Shown here in pieces: positions 18,423-26,702 of a DNA stretch of 64,000 bases. Under the pieces are notes generated by a model. It saw only the letters and a program-made list of their open reading frames with translations. It was not told the DNA's origin and did no database searches. This DNA is from Longimicrobiales bacterium (GTDB lineage Bacteria; Gemmatimonadota; Gemmatimonadetes; Longimicrobiales; Gaopeijiaceae). A program made the position numbers and the translations under genes. Numbering within the stretch: the stretch's first letter is position 1; the number at the start of each line of letters is the position of its first letter. The stretch spans positions 2,816,001 through 2,880,000 of the forward strand of contig OZ242008.1 in the NCBI GenBank assembly GCA_965204735.1, read 5' to 3'.

Positions 18423-19497
18423 AGGTGTAGCGCACGCCGAGCTGGTAGGCGACCAAGAGCACGGCGGTGGCTGCCCCGCAGATCAGCAGGTAGGCCGCGT
18501 GGGGCGCCAACTCCCAATCGGTCGCAAGGATCTGTCCTCCGATGATCAGGGGAAGGTGCCACAGATAAATCCAGTAGGAGGCGTCCGACATGTAGCGTAT
18601 CCAATAGCGCTCGCGTCCCGCGATCCAGTGGAACAACCCCATCATGCCGAAGCTTGCGAGCCAAGCGAACGACACTTGGATCGCGGCCGACGCGATCTGG
18701 AACCAGCCGGCGTCGACGTGCGCGCTCAGCGCGGCGATCTGGTCGGGATATGCAAAAGCCACGCCGGGAACGAACAAGAGGAGCGCGACCGGCAGCACCG
18801 CGGCCCACCACCGGCGCACTGTCGTGCCGCGTTCGTGGAAGACGGCGCCGAAGAGGAAGAACAAGGAGTAGTAGAGGAGCGCGTCGGGGATCGGCAGGAA
18901 TCCCGAGGGGACGTCGACGCCGAAGGTCTCTCTCATGGTGTACTGGGGAACCGCGACCGCCGGGACGAGCAGCCACCAGAGACGGCTCCGGAACCGCGCG
19001 CCCATCCGCACCAAGACCAGGAAGGCTGCCGCCATCGGCAACAGGTACAAGAGAAACCACAGGTGATAGAGGTCCCGCGACCAGGCGGTCGCCCACCCGA
19101 CGAAGCCGGAGTGGCCGTCGGGGTAGAAGAGGGCCACGGTCGGAACCACCGTGAACATGCCCGCGACCAAGGGCACGACGATGCGGTTCAGCCGGTGCAC
19201 GGCCAGCGCGCGCGACCCCCGCCTGCGCCACAGCATGGCCGTGAAGAAGCCACTGAGCATGAAGAAGAGGGGCATCCTGAAGCCGTGAATCAGCAGCAGC
19301 AGGTACGAGTACGGGTTGGCCACCGGCGGCGTGTCGTGGGCGTACGGGTGGAAGACAGGCCAAGCCGGCACGTCGTTGTCGGGCTTCGGGTCGGGCAAGA
19401 GGAACAGGGCGGCGTGGAGGAGGACGCCGAGCATCATGGCGAAGGCCCGCAGGGCGTCCAGATCGTGAAAGCGCTTCGGCCCGGCTCGGTCTACCAT
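18346..19497 (-). CDS. Membrane acyltransferase (Acyl_transf_3 / OpgC-MdoC-like)
   Basis: RFHDLDALRAFAMMLGVLLH, FRMPLFFMLSGFF, YHLWFLLYL, SDASYWIYLWH. Confidence 0.88.
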   Translation of the reverse strand: MVDRAGPKRFHDLDALRAFAMMLGVLLHAALFLLPDPKPDNDVPAWPVFHPYAHDTPPVANPYSYLLLLIHGFRMPLFFMLSGFFTAMLWRRRGSRALAVHRLNRIVVPLVAGMFTVVPTVALFYPDGHSGFVGWATAWSRDLYHLWFLLYLLPMAAAFLVLVRMGARFRSRLWWLLVPAVAVPQYTMRETFGVDVPSGFLPIPDALLYYSLFFLFGAVFHERGTTVRRWWAAVLPVALLLFVPGVAFAYPDQIAALSAHVDAGWFQIASAAIQVSFAWLASFGMMGLFHWIAGRERYWIRYMSDASYWIYLWHLPLIIGGQILATDWELAPHAAYLLICGAATAVLLVAYQLGVRYTFIGAALNGPRQRRRSQDGSRRPRRS

Positions 19498-20663
19498 TGC
19501 GTGGCGCGGTCGGCGTCCAGGGCGTCCGGCAATCTGTAGGGGATGCCCGCTTGCTCGAACAGAGAACGTTCGAGAAGCGTGATGAAGTTTCTGCTGCGTC
19601 GGCGAGCCAGGCCGCCGGGAAGCAAGCGGCTCAGCAAGGCCGCCGAGCGGTGCTGCCACTTCAGCAGGAAGAGAACGCCCGTGGTCCGCAACGGCGGGAA
19701 GCGGAGCTGGTCGGCAAGATCGTCGCCGACGAGCGCGCGGGAGACGCGGTACACGAACTTCGCCATCGCTTGCCGCTTCTTCGGCTCGGTGGCGCCGGTG
19801 ATCAGCGGCGCCGAGTTGATCAGGGCGTTGGCCATGAGAACGGCTTCTTCGTCGGGCTCCGGTTCGCAGCAGAAGCCGATGCGACAGAGCTCGAGCCCCT
19901 CCTCGAAGTCGCGAAAGAGGATCGTCTCGGGCACGCCGAACAGCCACGCCACGTAGCGCCATATCTGCACGAAGCTCTCGCCTTCCTCTTGGCTGATTCG
20001 GGCGCCGACCCGGCGAACCTGCTCCACGAGCAACGACGAGAAGGCCGCGGACGCGAACGCCATGTGGGCGGCGCTGATGGGGGCGCCGTCGCGATCTTCG
20101 TCCCATTCGCCCGGCTGGCGCAGGAGCCGCCGGATCTGCGCGTGCACGAGGCGAATGCGAACGGAGAGCTTCCAGCCGTCGCCGCTCCGCTCCAGTCCGC
20201 CCGGCAGGCAAATCTCGATCAGGTGGCGGTTGTTCTGCTGAAGGCGCCGAACGCCGTACTCGGTGAGCCTGCCGGTCCTGAAGAAGGACTTGCTGATCAA
20301 TGTGGAGAAGCCGCTGACGAGCACGCCCGTGACGTGCACGGCGATGAACAAGTCCGAGTACTGGTGGTACGCGCGCATCCCCGGCACCAAGGCTTGCAGG
20401 TCCACCCACGGCGGCGGCGCCGACACTTTGGCGAAGAACTCCTGCACCGCGGGCGGGGCGGCGGAGAGCACGTCGTCGCGCTGCTCCATTGCTGCGGCGA
20501 TCACCCGGTGCGCCTCTTGCTGGCCGTAGGGAGCGAGGGCCTCCACGGCGGCGTCCGCCAAGGGGTCGTCGACGAACGTGTGGCAGATGTAGTTGTCGGC
20601 CAGACGGCTGTTCAGAACGCGGGCCTTGTCGTATCCGGGCGCGTAGGCCGCAGGTGCGCGCAT
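19491..20663 (-). CDS. ER-bound oxygenase MpaB/DUF2236 family (rubber-oxygenase-like)
   Basis: DDPLADA, PPPWVD, RIRLVHAQIRR, W...DGAPISAAHM, IWRYVAWLFGVPE. Confidence 0.8.
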   Translation of the reverse strand: MRAPAAYAPGYDKARVLNSRLADNYICHTFVDDPLADAAVEALAPYGQQEAHRVIAAAMEQRDDVLSAAPPAVQEFFAKVSAPPPWVDLQALVPGMRAYHQYSDLFIAVHVTGVLVSGFSTLISKSFFRTGRLTEYGVRRLQQNNRHLIEICLPGGLERSGDGWKLSVRIRLVHAQIRRLLRQPGEWDEDRDGAPISAAHMAFASAAFSSLLVEQVRRVGARISQEEGESFVQIWRYVAWLFGVPETILFRDFEEGLELCRIGFCCEPEPDEEAVLMANALINSAPLITGATEPKKRQAMAKFVYRVSRALVGDDLADQLRFPPLRTTGVLFLLKWQHRSAALLSRLLPGGLARRRSRNFITLLERSLFEQAGIPYRLPDALDADRATQW

Positions 20664-20665
20664 TG

Positions 20666-21703
20666 TCACAGCGGATAACCCAGGATCGCCTGCCCGGGAC
20701 GGCAGGCTTGGGCCAGCTCCGCCTGTTCCGCCAGGTCCAGGTCGTCGAACTTGGAAACTGTGGGCCGGGGAATCGCGGACGCCGCGCGCACCCACTCGTC
20801 GTCCTCCAGCTCCGGGGCCACGAAGCGGATCAGGCGGCGCATCTGCGCCTCCGGCTCGGCCTGCACGTCCTCCATCTTCACGTTCAGAAGCGCGTCGGGG
20901 GGCAAGTCCGCCAGCACCCAGCGGCTGCGCTCGACCATCGCGCTCCAAAAGCGGCCGAAGTCGCCGAGCGTCAACTTGCCGTAGGGCAAGCGCTTGGGCG
21001 GGAGGAGCGTGCCGCCGAGCCACTCGATCCAGGGACTGACGCGGTTCCACTGCCGGCTCGTCGCGATCGAGCGCGCGGCGTCGATGCCCACCGACCGGAC
21101 TGCGCGAGTCGTGGCCACCAAGGTGGAGAAGACGTAGTGGTTGCGCATCGAGAGAGCCGTGTCCCGACCGTCCCGGTAGATGTGGACGATGCGGGCGTCC
21201 GGGTAGTCGCGCCTGAGCCGCGACGCCAGCAGCAGAGATGCGCCGGACCGCTCCACCCACACGTCTCGCTCGAACCGTCGGCACAGCCATTCGAAGAGTT
21301 CGCGGAAGTGCCTGCTGGGGCGTCGCCGAGGCCATGTCGGCACAACCTGCGCCAACTCGTCGAAGAGGGCGTCGCACTCGTTCGTGAGGTGAGGCAGCGT
21401 GGTGCACGCCAGCGGAGGGACGTCGGCGCGCGTGTAGCGCGCATCAGGCGAGTCGAAAGGATACAGCACTTCCTTGTAGCCGGCCTGCAGACCCTCGTGC
21501 AGCCACTTCGACTGGCGGCTGAACGCCCGCCAGATGTGCGCACCGCTGCACCGGCGTCGACGGAACGGTCCCTGGCCCACGGTCGTGAAGGTCTCGGACA
21601 AGCTGAGCACGCGCGGGTGAGCGTTCAGGACCTCGGAGAGCATGGTGGAGCCGCATCGTCCCGTGCTCAGCACCAACACGGGAGGCAGGGCGGTTCTGGT
21701 CAT
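20666..21703 (-). CDS. Sulfotransferase family protein
   Basis: STGRCGSTML 5'-PSB loop, ARIVHIYRDGRDTALS 3'-PB motif, VKMEDVQAEP. Confidence 0.85.
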   Translation of the reverse strand: MTRTALPPVLVLSTGRCGSTMLSEVLNAHPRVLSLSETFTTVGQGPFRRRRCSGAHIWRAFSRQSKWLHEGLQAGYKEVLYPFDSPDARYTRADVPPLACTTLPHLTNECDALFDELAQVVPTWPRRRPSRHFRELFEWLCRRFERDVWVERSGASLLLASRLRRDYPDARIVHIYRDGRDTALSMRNHYVFSTLVATTRAVRSVGIDAARSIATSRQWNRVSPWIEWLGGTLLPPKRLPYGKLTLGDFGRFWSAMVERSRWVLADLPPDALLNVKMEDVQAEPEAQMRRLIRFVAPELEDDEWVRAASAIPRPTVSKFDDLDLAEQAELAQACRPGQAILGYPL

Positions 21704-21800
21704 GAAGGACCGGGAGCGTTCTCCAGCGAAATCGGGGGTAGGGGTTGCGATGTGCAAGATCGTCGGCCGTGCACGGTCGCGCAACCCGATCGAGATGCCG

Positions 21801-22505
21801 TCACTCGGATTCGTGGAGGTCCCCGGCCGCCGGCCAGCCTTGGGCGCCCACGAGAGGCACGAAGCGGACGCGGCCCAGCGTCTCCTGCACGAAGACGGCG
21901 CCCGGTCCGCGTCGCACCCGCACCAGGCTCTGCTCCTCGAGGCGCTCGCCCACGGGGGCGACCAGCCGCCCGCGGGGACCCAGCTGGTTGCGCAGGGCCC
22001 TGGGCACCGCCGGCCCGCCTGCCGACACGACCACCGCGTTGTAGGGGGCGTGCTCCGGCCAGCCCTCGGTGCCGTCGCCGTGACGGACCCTCACGTTGTG
22101 CGCGCCCAGAGCCGACAGCCGCTCCCGCGCTTCCGCCGCCAGCGAGGCGTGGCGCTCGACGGTGAACACGTCGCCCGCCAAGCGCCCCAGCACCGCCGCC
22201 GCGTAGCCGCATCCCGTCCCCACCTCCAGCACCCTGTCGTCCTCCGACAACTCCAGGGCCTCGGCCATCCACGCGACCACGTAGGGCTGGGAGACGGTCT
22301 GCCCGTTCGGGATCGGGAGCGGTCCGTCGCCGTAGGCCCAGCGTGCCAACTCCGGCGCGACGAACCGCTCCCGCGGCACGGTTGCCATCGCTTCCAGCAC
22401 TCTCGGGTCCGCCACGCCGCGACGGGCGATCTGGCGACGGACCATCCGCCGACGCTCGGCAGAGTAGTCCGGCGCCGGCGTCGGAGAGCCCGGTCCCGTC
22501 TTCAA
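21801..22505 (-). CDS. pcm: Protein-L-isoaspartate O-methyltransferase
   Basis: VPRERFV, GQTVSQPYVVAWM, VLEVGTGCGYAAAVL, GDGTEGWPEHAPY, VRFVPLVG; start TTG 22505 (overlapping upstream stop) or ATG 22445. Confidence 0.92.
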   Translation of the reverse strand: MKTGPGSPTPAPDYSAERRRMVRRQIARRGVADPRVLEAMATVPRERFVAPELARWAYGDGPLPIPNGQTVSQPYVVAWMAEALELSEDDRVLEVGTGCGYAAAVLGRLAGDVFTVERHASLAAEARERLSALGAHNVRVRHGDGTEGWPEHAPYNAVVVSAGGPAVPRALRNQLGPRGRLVAPVGERLEEQSLVRVRRGPGAVFVQETLGRVRFVPLVGAQGWPAAGDLHESE

Positions 22506-23752
22506 CGATCGCGGCTGGACGCCCCCGGTGCGGCTCCCGCCCGCGTCGGACCGACTTCGGCTTCCGGCGGGGGCTGCCAGAAGTCGATCCCGCCGGACTG
22601 GTGCTCCAGCTCGACCGTCTCGACGACCTCCAGCGTCTCCAGGTCGATCACGTCCAGGGTTCCCCGAACGGAGCCCACCGATTCGTTGGAGACGAAGGCC
22701 CAGCGTCCGTCGGGACTGGCCACGACGCCGTGGGTGACCGGGCGGGACGTTCCGGCCCGCCCCAAGAGCGCCCCGCTTTCCAGATCGTAGACGGCGACCC
22801 CCTGCTCGCCCTTCAAGGTGGCCAGCAGCCGCTTCCCGTCCGCCGTGACCTCCAGGTTGTACGGCGCCTTTCCGGTGGCGAAGCGCCGAGTCACCGCCCA
22901 GCGCTCCACGTCCACTTCCAGCACTTCGTCGAGCTTGTTGCACGCCGCGTAGACGAATCGGTTCGCGCCCGTCCCTTGTCCAGGCTCGGCCCATGTGGGA
23001 CTGCAGACGGCGCCTGGGGAAGCGGCGTCCGGCTCGTGGGCCGCGTGGGCCCGGCTCGGCTCGGCTGCGGGCGCCACGCTGAGCCGTCGGCTGACGCCGA
23101 ACTCCGCCAAGTCGATCTCCACCAGCTCGTCGGAGTGCATGCACACCGAGTAGTGCTTGGCGCCGTCGGCGCTGACCCGGCTGCCGTGGGGCATCAGGCA
23201 GGTCTCCACGCGCGCGACTTCCATCATCTCGGGGGTGTAGACGACGGACACGTCGGACGGGATCATGTCGCCATGAAGGTTGAAGTTGGACACCAGCAGG
23301 AACTCCCCGCCGGGGGTCGCGCCCATCGTCGCCGGGAAGAGGCCCAGACGCGCGCGGGCGACCAGCGTGTCGGGTCCGGCGTGGAACTGCCACACGTAGC
23401 CGTAGGGCGTGCCGTGGGCGATCGTCACGTACCAGAACCTGCCGTCGGGCGAGACCGTGATCCCGTGCGCGCCGTCGTTGTCGCCGGGCATGATCCCCAC
23501 TGGGATCTCCTTCTCGACCACCGCGCCTTGGCCCGGCGTGAAGGCCACCCGACTCACGACGTCGGAGGACTCGTTGGCCACGTAGACGCGGTAGGCGGGC
23601 GACTGGACGCTCGAGCTCTCGGCGGGACGGGAGCGGACGGAGGGCGACTGGTGGACGGCGACGGACGCGTCCAGCCCGACGGCCCCCGGCGACGGCGAAG
23701 AGGTCAGGAGGAGGGCGGCCGCCGAACTCCAGCAGAGCAACCCCCTTCTCAC
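22502..23752 (-). CDS. YncE/YVTN beta-propeller protein, secreted
   Basis: Repeats VYVANES, PHG..VSxDG, APYNLEVTADGK; GTGA overlap with upstream stop. Confidence 0.8.
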   Translation of the reverse strand: MRRGLLCWSSAAALLLTSSPSPGAVGLDASVAVHQSPSVRSRPAESSSVQSPAYRVYVANESSDVVSRVAFTPGQGAVVEKEIPVGIMPGDNDGAHGITVSPDGRFWYVTIAHGTPYGYVWQFHAGPDTLVARARLGLFPATMGATPGGEFLLVSNFNLHGDMIPSDVSVVYTPEMMEVARVETCLMPHGSRVSADGAKHYSVCMHSDELVEIDLAEFGVSRRLSVAPAAEPSRAHAAHEPDAASPGAVCSPTWAEPGQGTGANRFVYAACNKLDEVLEVDVERWAVTRRFATGKAPYNLEVTADGKRLLATLKGEQGVAVYDLESGALLGRAGTSRPVTHGVVASPDGRWAFVSNESVGSVRGTLDVIDLETLEVVETVELEHQSGGIDFWQPPPEAEVGPTRAGAAPGASSRDR

Positions 23753-25998
23753 GAGACGCGCGCCTTGGACTTCGGCTCCAGCCGCAAGACCCAGAGTCCC
23801 GAGTTCAGGTCGGACACGAAGACGAGGCCCTTGAACGGCTGGGGCCCCCACGCCATCGGCGAGTTGGGCACGTGGCCGTCCGGCGTCCCCGTCGGAAACC
23901 ATGCGATCTCGCGGCCTTGGCGGTAGAGGTCGCCGCGAAGCTCCCCGGATACGTCCACGACCCGGAGGCCCGCCTGATAGTAGGCCACGTACATCTTGTC
24001 GTCCTCGATCCACAGGTTGTGGGCGCCCGCTTCGGGCACCTCGTAGCGAGCGACCTCGCGCAGCTTCGCCGGGTCTTCCATGTCCAGCACGTGGACGAAC
24101 CCTCGGGAGCCGTCCCCCGGATGGCCGTTGCGGGAGATGCACTCCTCGCATCCAAAGATCTCGTCGCCCACAAAGAGGTAGCTGCGCCCCTCGGCGTTGG
24201 TGTAGGGGAAGGCGACGTGCGTGTTCCCTTCGGGGTACGCGAAGCTGCTCACCTCCACCGGCTTCGTCGGGGTCCCGCCCCAGCGGCCGTCTCCCACGTC
24301 CAGGACGTACACGCCGTCGTGCCAGTAGGAGACGTAGGCCATGCCGTTCAGGACCCATATGTCGTGCAGGTACTTGCCGGGCGAGTCGATCCCCCAGCGG
24401 CCCACTTCCTTCGGGTCGCGGGGGTCCGCCACGTCGAGCACGTGGACTTCCTTGGTGCCGTTGTGGATTGCGTAGAGGACGGCGCCGTGGAAGAAGACGT
24501 TGTGGACGCCGCCCGTCAGCTCTTTCGTGTAGGTGCTTGCGACTTGGGGATGGGCGGGATCGGCAAGGTCCAGCAGCACGATCCCGTTCTTGCGGTCCGA
24601 GGCCCCCTCCCGCGTGATCGCCGCCACCGTCGCAGCGGCGTTGACCTTTACGTCGTTGACGACTCGAGCGTCCACCTCCACGAAGTCGGTGAGCACCGGG
24701 TTCGAAGGGTTGGTCACGTCCCAGGCGAGCATCCGTTGCCCGCCGGAGTGAGTTCCCGTGTACACGTAGTCGCGTCCGTCGGCGCCCTCGAACGCCCACA
24801 GGTCCGACGTGGGACGATCCGCCACCAGACCTCGGCCTGCGACGACGACTTCGTGCTCGACCTCCCGCTTCACGACCTCCACCAGGGCTTGGCCCGACCC
24901 TCTTCCCGCCGTGGCCGTCACCCGGTAGAGACCGGGCCGCTCCGCCACGAACGCCCCGTCGGGGTAGATCGACGCTCCCATGGCTGTCCGGACCTCGAGG
25001 GACGACACCGAAAACGCCAGCGGCGCGCCTTCGACGGGCCGGCCGTCGGCGGCGCGCGCCACGGCCGCGAAGTGGACCACGTCGCCCGTCCTGGCCCGGG
25101 AGCGTCCTTCCACGTCGACCGAGACCACCGGGTTTTCTTCGACGGTCACGTCCAGCGCGCCCTCGACTCCCTCCGCCGTCGCGGTGATCGTCGCCGTGCC
25201 GGCGCGAACCGCCCGGAGGAAGCCGCGCTCGTCCACGGTGGCCAGCCGGCGCCTGTTGCTGCTCCACGCGACTTCGGCAGATGTGCGCGGGGAACCGTCC
25301 TCGGCGTAGGCCCGCGCCTGGAGCCGCACCATCGTCCCCACGAGCAGGCGAACGCCGGGGCTTTCGATCTCGACCGCGGCCACCGGCGGCCCGGCCACGA
25401 CCACGGGCGCCGTGAAGGTGCGAATCTCCGGCGGTCCGGTGCCGCTGGCCGGAGGGACCCGGATCGCCATGCGGAGCTCGGCTTCGCCCTCGGAGACTCC
25501 CTTCAGGTGACCGTCCGCCAGGACTGCGTGGCGCGACTCCACCGAAGCGAGGATGCGGACCCCGCGCACTGGGGCGTCCATCAAGTCGTAGGCCGTCAGC
25601 TCGACGTCCTCGTCCATCGAGAGCGAGTCGCCCACCTGCATCCGGATCGTCTCGGGCTCAGCGCGGACGTCGGCCACCCGAGCTCCTATGCGCACCGCCG
25701 CCGGGTACTCGCGGGCGGCGGGGGCCGGGGCGGGCAAGGACGCGGCTTCCGCCTGGGCGTCGGCGGTGGCGTCGGGCTGGGCCGCGGCGGCGTCGGGCTG
25801 GGCCGCGGCGTCGGCGTCGGGCTGGGTCGTGGCGTCCGGGCTGGGCGCGCCCTCCGGCTGCTCCTCCGGCTGGGCGGAAGGCTCCGTCTGCGGGGGCGGC
25901 GGGGGCGAGGATCCGATGGTAGCCCGGGATGCGCCACCAGCTCCGCAACCCGCCGCCAGCACGAAGGCTGCGGCGGCTGCAACTGCTGCTCTGATCAT
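23749..25998 (-). CDS. Lipoprotein with Ig-like (Big_2) domains and LVIVD-repeat beta-propeller
   Basis: LAAGC lipobox, Pro/Ala/Gln linker, WSSN..LATVD..G Ig motif, repeated (V/L)LDVxDPxxP motifs. Confidence 0.8.
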   Translation of the reverse strand: MIRAAVAAAAAFVLAAGCGAGGASRATIGSSPPPPPQTEPSAQPEEQPEGAPSPDATTQPDADAAAQPDAAAAQPDATADAQAEAASLPAPAPAAREYPAAVRIGARVADVRAEPETIRMQVGDSLSMDEDVELTAYDLMDAPVRGVRILASVESRHAVLADGHLKGVSEGEAELRMAIRVPPASGTGPPEIRTFTAPVVVAGPPVAAVEIESPGVRLLVGTMVRLQARAYAEDGSPRTSAEVAWSSNRRRLATVDERGFLRAVRAGTATITATAEGVEGALDVTVEENPVVSVDVEGRSRARTGDVVHFAAVARAADGRPVEGAPLAFSVSSLEVRTAMGASIYPDGAFVAERPGLYRVTATAGRGSGQALVEVVKREVEHEVVVAGRGLVADRPTSDLWAFEGADGRDYVYTGTHSGGQRMLAWDVTNPSNPVLTDFVEVDARVVNDVKVNAAATVAAITREGASDRKNGIVLLDLADPAHPQVASTYTKELTGGVHNVFFHGAVLYAIHNGTKEVHVLDVADPRDPKEVGRWGIDSPGKYLHDIWVLNGMAYVSYWHDGVYVLDVGDGRWGGTPTKPVEVSSFAYPEGNTHVAFPYTNAEGRSYLFVGDEIFGCEECISRNGHPGDGSRGFVHVLDMEDPAKLREVARYEVPEAGAHNLWIEDDKMYVAYYQAGLRVVDVSGELRGDLYRQGREIAWFPTGTPDGHVPNSPMAWGPQPFKGLVFVSDLNSGLWVLRLEPKSKARVS

Positions 25999-26085
25999 GC
26001 GGCTTTCTCCGTGTTCGCAGGTTTTCGCCGGCGGGCGACGAACCGGCAGGGTTCCGGCCCGAGCCCGCACGCGAATGTCGTACCC

Positions 26086-26336
26086 GCGACGGGGGGCTGG
26101 GTTCCCGCGGGCCGCTGGGTCCGACCGACGGGGGTCTGGGGTTCCCGCGGGCCGCTGGGGTCCGACCGACAGGGTCCGGGGTTCCCTGCGGGCCGCTGGG
26201 GTCCGGGGTTCCCGCGGGCCGCTGGGGTCCGACCGACGGGGTCCGGGGTTCCCTGCAGGCCGCTGGGGTCCGACCGACGGGGGTCCGGGGTTCCCGCGGG
26301 CCGCTGGAGTCCGACCGACGGGGGGTCCGGGGTTCT
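26086..26336 (+). repeat. ~40-bp GC-rich tandem repeat (GGGGTTCCCGCGGGCCGCTGGGGTCCGACCGACGGGGGTCC), ~6 units
   Basis: GTTC cores at 26101, 26141, 26181, 26208, 26248, 26290, 26332; no unique spacers. Confidence 0.9.
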
Positions 26337-26372
26337 CCACGGTCGTGGCGCAACCTACAGGGCGGGAATAGC

Positions 26373-26702
26373 TTGTCAAACGTGTCGTTGACCGACTTTT
26401 CCGAACAGGTGTACGCCTGCGTCCGGCGCATCCCCAGGGGCCGGATCGTCAACTACGGCGCCGTGGCGGCGCTTGTGGGCAGGCCCCGAGCCGCGCGCGG
26501 CGTGGGATACGCCCTCAGCCACCTGCCGGTCGACACCGACGTTCCCTGGTGGCGAGTCGTGAATCGACGGGGCGCCGTCTCCACGTCGAGCATCGCCGGG
26601 GTCGCCCAGCGGCAGCGGGCGCTTCTGGAACACGAGGGCGTGGCGTTCGACGAGAAGGGAGAGGCCTCTTGGGAGCGTTTCGGGTGGGACCCTTGGGCGT
26701 GA
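26373..26702 (+). CDS. Alkyltransferase-like protein (ATL, MGMT family)
   Basis: IPRGRIVNYGAVA, ARGVG, PWWRVVN (Trp in place of the catalytic Cys of PCHR). Confidence 0.88.
   Translation: MSNVSLTDFSEQVYACVRRIPRGRIVNYGAVAALVGRPRAARGVGYALSHLPVDTDVPWWRVVNRRGAVSTSSIAGVAQRQRALLEHEGVAFDEKGEASWERFGWDPWA

Noticed and set aside
26086..26336. Possible CRISPR array
   Set aside because: Units are contiguous with no unique spacers, and there are no cas genes in the window.
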